From Opitutales bacterium (GTDB lineage Bacteria; Verrucomicrobiota; Verrucomicrobiia; Opitutales; JABSRG01), in contig JBMYOQ010000006.1 in NCBI GenBank assembly GCA_049599475.1, positions 1-64,000 on the forward strand: DNA of 64,000 bases, written 5' to 3'. A model generated the notes under the pieces. That model searched no databases. It worked only from the letters and a program-made list of their open reading frames with translations, and had not been told where the DNA came from. A program made the position numbers and the translations under genes. Of this stretch, positions 1 through 9,995 are shown in pieces (position 1 is the first letter of the stretch; the number at the start of each line of letters is the position of its first letter).

Positions 1-172
1 ATGTAAAAGTAACTAAACACATCCAACGGTCTTGACACAAACTAACATAGCAGGGTCTCTGGTTACGAGTGCTATTCTCGCTTCTGTGCGCGCGTATGTG
101 GATAGCTTTGCCATAATTGGAAAGTCATAATTGTTTTAGAACGTGGGTGGTCGTGTGAGCTGCGGAGTCCCG

Positions 173-709
173 TCAGTAGGTGTTACCACGGAAGAGACGT
201 TTGGGTCTGGGAGCTTTTTCCCTTTTGGCTGGTGCGGGCACGGGTTCCAGCTCTTCGGGTTCAGGCTCTTCAGCGGCAGGCTTTGGAGCGTCCACAGTGA
301 GATCGATCTCCGCGCTCGCCTTTTGGTGGTTTCCATTCGTGGCTGGTGGAGCCTGCTCTAGAGCTGACTTAACCCACTCAGGTGTAATGGATTTCCTTGC
401 CAAATTTGTGACCATTTTAAGTGAAGCGATGTTCACATCTGGATCGGTCAAAATCACTAAGGTGACATTTTCGAAATTGCGCAGGTAGATCCATTTTGAA
501 GCGAACTTCAATAGGACGTCGCTGAAATGCATGAAATTATCCTCAACGGCATCATACACTACCTGAACGCGTCTGCCAAGATCCTCGAATTCGAGACCTT
601 CTAAGTAGGGTGGCATAGCATTGGCGAGGATATGTTCCTCGCTATCGATAATAACGATTCCTTCGGTGCCGGGGACATCGAGTATATTCTTGATAAATCT
701 GTCGGTCAT
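173..709 (-). CDS. Roadblock/LC7 (MglB-like) domain protein with acidic Pro-rich tail
   Basis: N-terminal DVPGTEGIVIIDSEEHIL...VTLVILTDPDVNIASLKMV pattern typical of the roadblock fold; basic C-terminus KRLFRGNTY. Confidence 0.7.
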   Translation of the reverse strand: MTDRFIKNILDVPGTEGIVIIDSEEHILANAMPPYLEGLEFEDLGRRVQVVYDAVEDNFMHFSDVLLKFASKWIYLRNFENVTLVILTDPDVNIASLKMVTNLARKSITPEWVKSALEQAPPATNGNHQKASAEIDLTVDAPKPAAEEPEPEELEPVPAPAKREKAPRPKRLFRGNTY

Positions 710-725
710 AGGGATATCCTTTCGA

Positions 726-1016
726 TTACAAGACTTGTTGGAGGATGTCTTTTATTTTGGCTTTGGAATCAAAGATAAAGCCGTGCACCTGCTCTTCTTT
801 CGGGACGATGACGCAGGATACGTTTTTCCCCATGAGTGTTACCTCTTCGATTCCTTCTAGACCGAAGCTTTCGCCTATTAGAGAGGCTTGGTAGGGGAGG
901 TAGGGGACGACAGTGCCGAACATTTCAGCTTCGTCACCCGTGTGAGTGTCGATGTTACCTGAGTGGTCGCAAGTGACCATTCCTGTCAGGCCAGGTAAGG
1001 AGAGGTTTTCGTCCAT
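726..1016 (-). CDS. Small roadblock/LC7-like protein
   Basis: 96 aa, LPGLTGMVTCDHSG...LIGESFGLEGIEEV; AAGGA RBS upstream; co-oriented with 173-709. Confidence 0.6.
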   Translation of the reverse strand: MDENLSLPGLTGMVTCDHSGNIDTHTGDEAEMFGTVVPYLPYQASLIGESFGLEGIEEVTLMGKNVSCVIVPKEEQVHGFIFDSKAKIKDILQQVL

Positions 1017-1278
1017 TGATTGGATCCTTTAGTAGTATGGTAGGTTGGAACGTTGTATTAAATCGTTCTGTGATTTGTGTGAGTTCAATTTAGCAGTGTG
1101 TGGTCCCGGACTGTGCCTAGTAGCAAAAAACGGGTCATAATTTATGATCGAGAATTTTTTTTTACAAAAAATTAATATAAGTGCCCGGGTGGAGGATCCA
1201 GCCTTATGTTTGATTTATGTTAAGGGAATCGCAGTCTATATTCTTGATGTTACTGATAGGTTACGCTTTTGGAGCAGT

Positions 1279-1650
1279 TTAGCGCGAGGGGATGAATAGA
1301 AGTGATGGGTTCAATGAAGTTTTGCGATGGGTCGGTGTAAGTGCCTCAAATAGAAGCCTTAGTGAAAATTGGCTAAGATTGATCCTTGGAAAGTCCTGCT
1401 GGCAATGTGCCTTCGATGAGACTTGGAGGCTAACTTCAGGTGAAAAAGTGTGTATTATTGCGCAAACGCCCTGGTTGATATGCCCGAGATGGACAAATTT
1501 GGGTGCCATGGGTGTTGTATACAATTCAATCCTGCGGACGTGAATATCGCTTAACTGGGAGGTTTCTAGGTGTCCGGGAAAGCAATGGGGATGAAGTGGG
1601 GATACGTGATGCATAAAATCGGCAGGCTGAAGCAGATACGATATCTCCAT
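1279..1650 (-). CDS. Hypothetical protein
   Basis: Longest ORF (123 aa, ATG start) in the gap; no recognisable motif. Confidence 0.35.
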   Translation of the reverse strand: MEISYLLQPADFMHHVSPLHPHCFPGHLETSQLSDIHVRRIELYTTPMAPKFVHLGHINQGVCAIIHTFSPEVSLQVSSKAHCQQDFPRINLSQFSLRLLFEALTPTHRKTSLNPSLLFIPSR

Positions 1651-1808
1651 TGGTATGGATTGTTACGATCCGGATCTAATTGATCGTTGCTTGTAAGGAT
1701 CAGCGATCCGGCCGCCTTAACATTTCCCCTGGAGTCATCTTGGAAACGTGGCGTGAGCGGTGTTGATTCTATAGTAGAAACGTGGCGAATTTCGGTTTAC
1801 TGTGGACC

Positions 1809-2918
1809 ATGCGTTTATTCTTTATCCCCCTTGGCCTTTGTCTAGGAATGTTCGCCATTATGAGCCCCCTTACCCAAGCATCTGAAGCGAATCCGCGTGT
1901 AGCTCTTGTGGGTTTGGAGCATGGTCATGCGGAAGCCTGGTTGAGGCAGGATTATGGTGCGGAGATCGATTTGGTTGGGATCTATGAGCCTGACCTTGGG
2001 GTCGCCGAGAGCTATCGCGGACGGCATCCCTTGGAGGAGGGCCTCTTCTACACTGATTTAGAGAAAATGCTGGATGCCGTGAAGCCTGATGCGGTTTGGG
2101 CGTTTACGTCGACCTTGGGTCATGAGCGCGTGGTCGAGGTCTGTGGGCCGAGAGGAATCGATGTGATCGTCGAAAAGCCACTCGCAGTCAATTTTGAGAG
2201 TGCTCAAAGGATAGAGGCCTGGGCTAAAGAATATGGCATCCGGGTCTGGACGAGCTATGAGACGAGTTTTCATCAAAGCGTGTTGCATGCCTTGGAATTC
2301 GCAAAGGACACAGCAGTCTTGGGCTCAGTCCACAAAGTGGTATCTCACTTTGGGCACAAGGGTCCGATTGAAATCGGCGTGCCTGCTGAATTCGGAGATT
2401 GGCTTACGGATCCGGTGCTGAATGGGGGTGGGGCCTCCGCTGACTTTGGTTGTTACGGTGCTAATTTGATGAACGCCTTTACCGAGAATCAACGACCCAG
2501 GTCAGTGACAGCGTTTTATCGTCAACTTAAACCCGAAGTGTATTCAAAAGTGGATGACGATGCGACGATTGTTCTGGAATATGCGGATGGCCTACAAGCG
2601 ATCATCCAGGCTTCCTGGAATTGGCCCTATTCGCGAAAAGACATCCAGTTTTACGGGACCACCGGAGCGATACATACTGTAGATCGTTTAAATTATAAAA
2701 CATGGACCCGTAATCGGCGTCGGCCGCAGGAAGCATCTTTTGAGAACACCTCCAATGTGTGGATTGACTCGATCCGCTACTTTGCCGCAGTGCTGCGCGG
2801 GGAAATCGAAGTGTCCGACGGCCTGGCTTCTCTCGAAAACAATGTGCTCGTCGCGGAGATCATGGACGCGGCTAAGGTGTCTGCGCGCAGCGGCAAGCCG
2901 GTCATCTTGGAGGATTAA
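1809..2918 (+). CDS. Gfo/Idh/MocA family oxidoreductase with signal peptide
   Basis: VALVGLEHGH, VIVEKPLA and GGGASADFGCYG motifs; ATG 1809 chosen over GTG 1782. Confidence 0.9.
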   Translation: MRLFFIPLGLCLGMFAIMSPLTQASEANPRVALVGLEHGHAEAWLRQDYGAEIDLVGIYEPDLGVAESYRGRHPLEEGLFYTDLEKMLDAVKPDAVWAFTSTLGHERVVEVCGPRGIDVIVEKPLAVNFESAQRIEAWAKEYGIRVWTSYETSFHQSVLHALEFAKDTAVLGSVHKVVSHFGHKGPIEIGVPAEFGDWLTDPVLNGGGASADFGCYGANLMNAFTENQRPRSVTAFYRQLKPEVYSKVDDDATIVLEYADGLQAIIQASWNWPYSRKDIQFYGTTGAIHTVDRLNYKTWTRNRRRPQEASFENTSNVWIDSIRYFAAVLRGEIEVSDGLASLENNVLVAEIMDAAKVSARSGKPVILED

Positions 2919-2973
2919 GGCTGACTCGGAGATTCGGTTCTCTGGGCTTCGGGGGGTACTCCTTGAGATTTAT

Positions 2974-3067
2974 CCGCAGATTAAGCAGATATACGCAGAT
3001 TTTTGGTAACTACAGATATATGTGACAAAGCTAAGTGATTCGTGATAATTTGTGTCCATTAGTGGTT
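2974..3067. repeat. Facing pair of 9-10-bp-period triplet repeats
   Basis: GCAGAT x3 (2976, 2985, 2995) and ATT(C/T/A)GTG x3 (3038, 3048, 3058). Confidence 0.6.
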
Positions 3068-3337
3068 CTCTCGCTGTTTTGGAGCGGTTAAGCATTCCAC
3101 CGCGAATTGAGGTTTCCATGAGCTCTGCGCCTACCCGCAATTCGTGGCTCAACCCTGGCGGTTTAAAATAGAGGTTGATTTTTTGGCTCCTGAACACAGG
3201 GTTCAGGCTTTCCTGTAATGAATCCGCACGCAGCAACCATGGGTTTTCTCCCACATTCTAACATTTGCACCACTAGCAAATGGAATGTCGCGGTGTGCAC
3301 CATGCTCGTGAATCGACTTCGCAAAGGCGCGCATGAC

Positions 3338-3376
3338 ATGCAGGTAATCCAAGCTTTCAGGACCTATCATAATTAG
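3338..3376 (+). CDS. Putative leader peptide MQVIQAFRTYHN
   Basis: Short uORF ending 28 nt before an intrinsic terminator in the MFS leader. Confidence 0.4.
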   Translation: MQVIQAFRTYHN

Positions 3377-3404
3377 TTCCCGAACATAACGAGATAAGAC
3401 TTTG

Positions 3405-3446
3405 GAGCCCCTGCTGTCAGACGACGGTAGGGGCTTTTTTGTTTTT
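3405..3446 (+). terminator. Intrinsic terminator in the MFS 5' leader (attenuator-like)
   Basis: 14-bp stem GAGCCCCTGCTGTC/GACGGTAGGGGCTT with a 4-nt loop, followed by a T-tract; 58 nt upstream of the MFS start. Confidence 0.8.
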
Positions 3447-3503
3447 ACTCATCCAACCCGAAACCAACGAACACACCGTGCAAATAACTCAACGCTCAAT
3501 ATC

Positions 3504-4721
3504 ATGTATTCCTTTTTTCATTCCTTATTCTCAGATGTCCGGGGCATCCCCCGGAGTGTCTATATACTCGTCGTCGGACAGTTTCTGAACAGGTTCGGGG
3601 CCTATGTTTACCCGTTCTTGGCCCTGTATCTGAGCTCCTTAGACTATTCGGCCCTATCGGTCACCCTCGTCATAGCAGCTATGGGGGCCGGCAATATTCT
3701 TGGCCCAATCGCCGGAGGATATTTAGCGGATGCGATCGGACGGAAACGCACGATTCTGGTATCCTTGTATGGCAGTGCCTTGGGCACGCTCGGTATTTTT
3801 GCCGCCTCCGAGCACTACATCGCTTTGTTGGTGATGTGTTTCTTAAATGGCTTTCTTGTCTTCATGTATGGCCCCGCTGCAAGTGCACTTTTGACGGACC
3901 TGGTGCCCAGTGAGCGGCGTTTGATGGCCTATGCTATGATTCGATTGGCACTCAATGGAGGCTTCGCTGCTGGACCCGCAGTGGGCGGTTTGTTGTATGC
4001 ATCCGCGCCTTGGCTCGTGTTTGTCGGAGATGCCGTTACCACCCTCTTGTGTGCTGTCTTGACTGCAGCCTATTTGCCGCACGGCTTGCGGACGATCGAG
4101 GGCAAGGTCGATTCTTTGTCTGTATTTATTAAAAGCTGGGGAGTGGCCCTGAAGGACCTCGCTGGGCACTTTCTGTTTAAGCAGTATCTATTTGCGCTGC
4201 TCTTTATGGCCTTTGGCTTCTGCCAGGTATTCTCAGTCTTGTCCATTAGTGCGACGGGTAGTGGCCTGACCGTGCGTGAATATGGATTCGTGATGAGTTT
4301 AAATGGCCTGTTGATTCTTTTAGTCGAGTTGCCGGTAAGCCATTGGCTCAAGCGGTTCGCGCCTCTCCATGTCCTGTCTGCCGGATTTGCTCTGATAGGC
4401 TTGGGGCTGATGGCCTTCGCATTTGCGAATACCTTTGGAGGATATCTGGGCGCTATGACTATTTTTACTCTTGGAGAAATTATAGCGCTTCCGGTCGGGA
4501 TGGCCTACAGCAGTGATTTGGTTCCGCAAGAATATCGCGGAAGGTATTTAGGCCTGCGTGGGATTGTTTGGGGGATTGCCGGCTGCCTGGCTAGCGGTGG
4601 ACTTATGATCTACGATCAAATCGGAGCAAATGCTTGGATCATTGCCGGGGTGTCGAGCGTGATAGCCGCTGGAGTGATGGTGCTTCGCCCGCAGGGAAAG
4701 GTGGCGGTCCCGGTAAATTGA
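3504..4721 (+). CDS. MFS transporter (MdtH/drug:H+ antiporter-like)
   Basis: Motif [12 protein letters not shown], about 12 TM segments, [13 protein letters not shown] 3504 preferred. Confidence 0.9.
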   Translation: MYSFFHSLFSDVRGIPRSVYILVVGQFLNRFGAYVYPFLALYLSSLDYSALSVTLVIAAMGAGNILGPIAGGYLADAIGRKRTILVSLYGSALGTLGIFAASEHYIALLVMCFLNGFLVFMYGPAASALLTDLVPSERRLMAYAMIRLALNGGFAAGPAVGGLLYASAPWLVFVGDAVTTLLCAVLTAAYLPHGLRTIEGKVDSLSVFIKSWGVALKDLAGHFLFKQYLFALLFMAFGFCQVFSVLSISATGSGLTVREYGFVMSLNGLLILLVELPVSHWLKRFAPLHVLSAGFALIGLGLMAFAFANTFGGYLGAMTIFTLGEIIALPVGMAYSSDLVPQEYRGRYLGLRGIVWGIAGCLASGGLMIYDQIGANAWIIAGVSSVIAAGVMVLRPQGKVAVPVN

Positions 4722-4826
4722 CCATTTGTAGTGAATTATTCGATCTTTGTGCTTTGTAGTGGCTCTCTGAGCGCGCAAACTTTCGGGATTTTCTTCGTCG
4801 GGTAATGGCCGTTCTTGAGTCGGCCA

Positions 4827-4997
4827 TTACTTGGCTGTGGTTTGCTCGTTCAGTCGGTTTAGCTCATTTCGGAAAATCTCGAAATAGGCCTCGCCGGTTT
4901 CTTTAGCGGCAGAATTCCCCTCGTTAGCCAACGACTTCAGTCCAAGAAGCAGGAAGCCTATAAATTCCAAGCTGAGCCCTTTTTTCCATGCCTTCAT
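4827..4997 (-). CDS. Small hypothetical protein (56 aa)
   Basis: MKAWKKGLSLEFIGFLLLGL... inside the 97-aa ORF-track call. Confidence 0.35.
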   Translation of the reverse strand: MKAWKKGLSLEFIGFLLLGLKSLANEGNSAAKETGEAYFEIFRNELNRLNEQTTAK

Positions 4998-5106
4998 AGA
5001 ATTAGTAAGGGTGTGTCGCGTGCTGGAGGCAATTTTAGAATTTGTATCGAGTCTTAGGATGACAGATTGGAGCTTGCATTTCCCTGTTTGTCTGAATTGT
5101 ATCTGC

Positions 5107-5283
5107 CGCGAACTATGCAACTAATGCAACTCAGCTGGCTCCTCATTATTCGTGTGAAAGCACACGGACTGGGTCGGCTGTAATCAAATGAAAAGAATAC
5201 GGAGGCCTAGACTGAAGGGCTTCCGTAGTTGCATGTAGTGTTAGTGCGCGAAGTCGACGGTCGGGTTTTCCAGAAAGGAAACC
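5107..5283 (+). promoter_or_regulatory. Structured 5' leader with uORF (5115-5183) and SD-sequestering hairpin
   Basis: Several nested stems (see findings); hairpin GGTTTTCC-AGAAA-GGAAACC covers the RBS of the DMT gene. Confidence 0.55.
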
Positions 5284-6168
5284 ATGACAAGCAACCCACA
5301 ATCTATCGACACCCACTCTAGGCTAGGCATTTATTTGTCCTTAGCCTCGGTCCTATGCTTTGCGTCAACTGGGCTTCTCTTGAGCTACCTCAATACAGCT
5401 CATGGAATTGATGGTTGGGTCGGAGCCGCGTATCGCGGGTTCATTGGGCTTGTGGCGATCGTATTGATGCAGAGCCGAACGGGTAAGCTTCACCTGAGCC
5501 ACATTATTTCCAATCGCCTGCTCTTTATGCGCGGTCTGATCGGAGGGATGTCTATACCGATTTTCTATATTTGTATCATGGAAATTGGGGCAGGCCGTGC
5601 TGGAATGATCACAGGTGCATACCCACTGTTTGCCGCGATCTTTGCCATGGTATTAATTAAAGAAGGACTGCGCTGGACGTATCCAATTTACATTACAATC
5701 GCGATCGCAGGTTTGGCTGGTGTCTTGTTCGACCAGGGGCTGGGCGGAGGTCGACCGTTTTATGATGCATTGGCGGTTCTAGGCGCCATCGGAGCGGGCG
5801 CGTGCGTGGTGATGATTCGCCATTTGCGCCATACGGAAAATACATCGAGCATCTTTGCGTCGCAGTGTGTATTCACTCTAGTTTTGAGCGCTGGAGTTGC
5901 CCAAGAGAGCCTAATAATTGCGGATCCGACAGCGCTTTTGCTCACCGTTTTGGCAGGCGTTACCGTAGTCGGTGGTCAGTTATGTATTACAGAATCATTT
6001 CGACACATCAGCGTGGCAAAAGGATCTACTCTGCAGATGTTGACGCCTGCCACCACTTGCGTGTTCAGCGCCCTCTTGCTTGGCGAGAGCTTTAGCTTGC
6101 CCGAAATTCTTGGTGGGATGGCTATTTTGCTCTCCAGCTACAAGATCGTTACAACGAAAGCTGCTTAG
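5284..6168 (+). CDS. DMT/EamA family transporter
   Basis: About 10 TM segments, two EamA halves (LFMRGLIG...YPLFAAIFAMVLIKE; LLGESF). Confidence 0.9.
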   Translation: MTSNPQSIDTHSRLGIYLSLASVLCFASTGLLLSYLNTAHGIDGWVGAAYRGFIGLVAIVLMQSRTGKLHLSHIISNRLLFMRGLIGGMSIPIFYICIMEIGAGRAGMITGAYPLFAAIFAMVLIKEGLRWTYPIYITIAIAGLAGVLFDQGLGGGRPFYDALAVLGAIGAGACVVMIRHLRHTENTSSIFASQCVFTLVLSAGVAQESLIIADPTALLLTVLAGVTVVGGQLCITESFRHISVAKGSTLQMLTPATTCVFSALLLGESFSLPEILGGMAILLSSYKIVTTKAA

Positions 6169-6551
6169 CCCTCGTCGCTGAGCAGCGCGGATCTCGCCAA
6201 GAGTAGCCGCACGACCGAGATGGCAGATGCGATACACATCGCAGTGATCAATGACGCGGCAAAGGTCTTAGGCTCGCCAGCGGCAGCTGCCTTCCAGCTC
6301 TCCGATGCACGCCAGATGAATACGCCAGTAAGCATTAGCGTGGTCAATAGGGCTGCGAGGAAGGCGCCGATACGGCCTCCTTTGAGCATCCAAACGCCCC
6401 AGAGGGCGCTGAGGGTGCCAAAGGTGCCTCCGGAGATCAGGGCAGTTTTCGCAGCGGTTGGGTTTGAGGCAAAACCAGCAATGCCGCATAAAATTAAGAA
6501 TAGACCGTAGCCTACATACCATTTTCCGATCGATGTTCGTTTTCCTGCCAT
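6165..6551 (-). CDS. TMEM14 family membrane protein
   Basis: YGLFLILCGIAGF...AKTALISGGTFG pattern; ATG 6551 preferred. Confidence 0.75.
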   Translation of the reverse strand: MAGKRTSIGKWYVGYGLFLILCGIAGFASNPTAAKTALISGGTFGTLSALWGVWMLKGGRIGAFLAALLTTLMLTGVFIWRASESWKAAAAGEPKTFAASLITAMCIASAISVVRLLLARSALLSDEG

Positions 6552-6663
6552 GGATGCGAAGAAAATTAGTTTTAGCGTTAGGGTCAAATATTGGAGGCCG
6601 ATTTGGGGTTTCTGTGGGTCCGGGTATTGGCCTGGCAAATGCAGTCATGGAATCTAGAGTGAA

Positions 6664-8070
6664 GTGATAGGGAATTCTCAAGACAGGATAGGTGTGGAAG
6701 ATCCTCGATGGCACGGGATCGGGCTCGCATGGCTGATGGCCGCTGTGATGCACCTGCTGACCTTCGATTGGCTTGTGCCGCCTGCCTGGGGCGGGGTGAT
6801 CTATCTGGCGGCAACTCTCTTTCTGCTGATGAATCCGGGCTCTTTTATACGTATTCTGGTTCTTGTGCTGACGACGTTTTCCGTGTTCTTGCTCAATTAT
6901 CCCGATTTATCGAACCATCTGGTCTTGGAGTTTTGGTTTTTAGGATCTGTCTTGTCTATAGGTGCTTGGAGGTTGGTAAGGCGCAGGCCTGTGTCTGTGA
7001 GTGACTGTTTTGATCTGTGTGTGCCGATCGCGCGCCTTCACTACATTTTGCTTTATCTATTCTCCTTTATCGCGAAATTGAATGCGGATTTTCTGAGTCC
7101 GGAAACGAGCTGTGCCGCGCGTTTTCTCAAAGAAATTGGGAGAGCGTATCATCTGAATGGATTTTCATTTGTGGGGGGAGTCTTTGAGTCCGGCATGGCT
7201 GGGCACTGTGCGATCTGGCTCACACTTGGTTTTGAAATATTGATCCCGTGCCTCCTATGTTTTGGAAGAACGCGACGAGTGGGCATTGGTGTAGCGATTT
7301 GTTTCCATCTGCTGATGGGATTCGTGCCGATCCTGGGGATTAGCAGCTTCTCGGCACTATCCGTGGTATTCTTGCTGTTTTTCTACTCGAGCGATTCCTT
7401 GTGTCATTTTGGGAAAAATTTGCCTCGGATCTCCTCGCTTAAAAAGGGTGTACTAGGGTTGGTGGTTGTCGGTGGATTATGGATACAATTTTATGGGTTT
7501 CATCTGAGCTATGAGTTTGCGACTAGTGTCTGGGCTTTGATGACGATTCCCTTGGTTTATTGGATGTTTAAATCTTTAGTCCGGGGCTCGAGAATGAAAA
7601 TGCCTACCCGATCTCGCATGGCAATTTCACCGATGATTCAGGCGTGTTCCAGCATCCCGATAATCGCACTGGGGATGTTTCCGTATCTGGGTATTCAAAC
7701 CCAAGGCTCCTTCACGATGTTCAGCAATCTGAGGGTCTTGGGTGAACAGTCCAATCATCTCTTTATCTCATCCTCTTGGAGGGTCATGAATCCCGAACTG
7801 ATCCAAATAGTAAATACAAACCATTCTGAATTAGAAAAGTATCCAGGTTCACTGCTGCGCATCACGGATCACGAACTGCGCCGTGTGATCGGAGAAGATG
7901 AGAGAGATTTCTTTCTGATCTGCGAATACAAAGGCGAGATGCTGTGGCTACAACGCTCCGAGGGAATTGCGACTGCACATCCATTGACAGAGCCGCTTCC
8001 GAGAATTTCAGGACATTTCTTGCGTTATAAGGACGTTTCAGTCGCCGCACACAATACCTGCTCTTGGTGA
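6664..8070 (+). CDS. HTTM-like polytopic membrane protein
   Basis: SNH, FIAKLNADFL, CA, FHL and FTMFSNLR motifs. Confidence 0.6.
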   Translation: MIGNSQDRIGVEDPRWHGIGLAWLMAAVMHLLTFDWLVPPAWGGVIYLAATLFLLMNPGSFIRILVLVLTTFSVFLLNYPDLSNHLVLEFWFLGSVLSIGAWRLVRRRPVSVSDCFDLCVPIARLHYILLYLFSFIAKLNADFLSPETSCAARFLKEIGRAYHLNGFSFVGGVFESGMAGHCAIWLTLGFEILIPCLLCFGRTRRVGIGVAICFHLLMGFVPILGISSFSALSVVFLLFFYSSDSLCHFGKNLPRISSLKKGVLGLVVVGGLWIQFYGFHLSYEFATSVWALMTIPLVYWMFKSLVRGSRMKMPTRSRMAISPMIQACSSIPIIALGMFPYLGIQTQGSFTMFSNLRVLGEQSNHLFISSSWRVMNPELIQIVNTNHSELEKYPGSLLRITDHELRRVIGEDERDFFLICEYKGEMLWLQRSEGIATAHPLTEPLPRISGHFLRYKDVSVAAHNTCSW

Positions 8071-8095
8071 GCGCCTGAATTGTTTATGGGTTTGC

Positions 8096-9430
8096 CTACT
8101 TTGCAGCCTTCTTGTCTTCGCTGAAATACTTTTCTTGTCCTGTGCAGGCCAATACAGAGCGCCAGAGGGAGCCTTCCGTGTCGATCTTTTGGCGCTCGTA
8201 GGTGGCGACGGGTATCGGGACGTTGACAAAGCTGCGGTTCCAGAATCCAGTGACCATGTTGGTCTTGCCGGCCATCGCGGCGTGGACTGCGTATTCCGCT
8301 AGGCGGTGGCAGAGAATTTGGTCGGTGCCCGAGGCGGGGACGCTGCGTATTGAGTAATTGGGGTCGAAGTATTTAAGGGATGTTTCGATCCCGAGGTCTT
8401 TGAAATAGTCCTTGAAGCGATCGCAGAGGAAGGTGCCGATATCATACTTTAGGACATTGCCTGAGGCATCACGGCGCTCGGGAAGGTCCTTGAAGTATTG
8501 CTGTCCATAGCCTTCGGCGACTGCGATGACGACGTGCGATTTTTTGCGAAAGCGGCGTTCGACGGCTTTTAAGAGTCCGTTCGGGCCTTCCAAGCTGTAT
8601 TCGTATTCGGGAACCAGGCAGAAGTTCACGACCGGGTTGGCTAAGGTGGAATAGGCTGAGATGAAGCCCGAGTCGCGGCCCATGAGCTTTACGATTCCGA
8701 GACCGTTGTAAACAGAGCGTGCCTCGGCGTGTGCGGCTGTGATGACTGGATTGGATTGATACACTGCCGATTCGAACCCAAAGGTAGCGCCGACAAACTG
8801 GAGGTCGTTATCCACGGTCTTAGGGACGCCGATCACGGAAATCTCGAGGCCGCGTCGCTTTATTTCGTTCGCAATGGCCGAGCCACCTTTGAGTGTGCCG
8901 TCGCCGCCAATTGTGAACAGCATATTGATGCGCATGTTCACCAAGTTTTGCACCATGACTTCGACACTCTGATTGCCTCGGGAGGTGCCGAGGATCGATC
9001 CGCCACTGTGGTGAATGGTATCGACGGTGTCTGCATCCAGTTTCATCGGCGGGTAGGTCTGAGGATCTGCGAGTCCGGCGTAGCCATAGGGAATGCCGAC
9101 TACGTCTTGAATGCCGTATTCTTGATTCAGCGTCTCGACGACTCCCTTGATCACCGAATTGAGTCCTGGGCAAAGACCCCCACATGTGACAATCGCAGCG
9201 CGCGACAGGTAGTGGGGGTGGAAGATCGTCTCGCGCGGTCCTGCGGTCTCCATGGATGGGATTTCGCCGTGTTTCTCCATGTAGGCCGACATGGCCTTCA
9301 TGTCACTGATCACGGAAATGCGTTCATCGTCCTCGACGAAACGGCGTTTACCTAGGTTGAGCGGGCTCGGGACGCGGCGTTCACCAAGGGTGTCCACATT
9401 GAAATCGAATTGCGAGAGGTCTATATTCAT
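8096..9430 (-). CDS. pfkA: ATP-dependent 6-phosphofructokinase (long, group X type)
   Basis: TCGGLCPGLN, GGSILGTSRG, GGDGT, PKTVDND, MGRDSG. Confidence 0.93.
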   Translation of the reverse strand: MNIDLSQFDFNVDTLGERRVPSPLNLGKRRFVEDDERISVISDMKAMSAYMEKHGEIPSMETAGPRETIFHPHYLSRAAIVTCGGLCPGLNSVIKGVVETLNQEYGIQDVVGIPYGYAGLADPQTYPPMKLDADTVDTIHHSGGSILGTSRGNQSVEVMVQNLVNMRINMLFTIGGDGTLKGGSAIANEIKRRGLEISVIGVPKTVDNDLQFVGATFGFESAVYQSNPVITAAHAEARSVYNGLGIVKLMGRDSGFISAYSTLANPVVNFCLVPEYEYSLEGPNGLLKAVERRFRKKSHVVIAVAEGYGQQYFKDLPERRDASGNVLKYDIGTFLCDRFKDYFKDLGIETSLKYFDPNYSIRSVPASGTDQILCHRLAEYAVHAAMAGKTNMVTGFWNRSFVNVPIPVATYERQKIDTEGSLWRSVLACTGQEKYFSEDKKAAK

Positions 9431-9541
9431 CGATGGATGTTGTTACGATATGGAAAACACCTGGCTTGAGCTTGCATTTAATTTGATCCGGCGACTCTGT
9501 CTCAACCGTAATTTTCAATTATTTCGACTTGGGTAATACTC

Positions 9542-9970
9542 ATGATAAACATCCTCAGCTACGCTTGGTTTAAGAACTTTGATTGGAAAAAAGGCGTATA
9601 CACGGTCGCTGCGTTTTACATTGCATGGACCTTTTTAGCTCACGGGGTTCAGGCATTGCTTGTGGCAGAGAAATATAAGCCGGTCGCTGCGGTGGTGCTC
9701 CCAGAGAACCTTGTGTCTTTTGGGCTGATTTTCGTGGGCATGCTAGATTTAGCGGTCGTCTTGATGCTACTTCTTAGAAACAGCCTCGTGGTATTGGCTT
9801 ATGCGGGGTGTTATCCCTTTTTCCCAATGACTCTGACATACTTCGCTACGGGTGAACTGGAGATCATTGGGAAAATTCTGATTCTGGGGTTTGCGATTAT
9901 AGCCTGGTTTATGATGCGGCTGATTAATTCTGGTTCTCAGGCCTTTCAGGAGAGTTCCTCTGCGGCTTGA
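9542..9970 (+). CDS. Membrane protein (4 TM, DoxX-like)
   Basis: Hydrophobic ORF, TFLAHG motif. Confidence 0.6.
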   Translation: MINILSYAWFKNFDWKKGVYTVAAFYIAWTFLAHGVQALLVAEKYKPVAAVVLPENLVSFGLIFVGMLDLAVVLMLLLRNSLVVLAYAGCYPFFPMTLTYFATGELEIIGKILILGFAIIAWFMMRLINSGSQAFQESSSAA

Positions 9971-9995
9971 GCTGTGAATTGGTACAGGATTTAGG

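Noticed and set aside
1115..1140. Sigma54 promoter for the roadblock genes (TGACCCG-N4-TTGC on the minus strand)
   Set aside because: The invariant -24 GG is GA.
3402..3503. N-terminal extension of the MFS ORF given in the ORF track
   Set aside because: It overlaps the terminator hairpin; ATG 3504 gives a normal MFS N-terminus.
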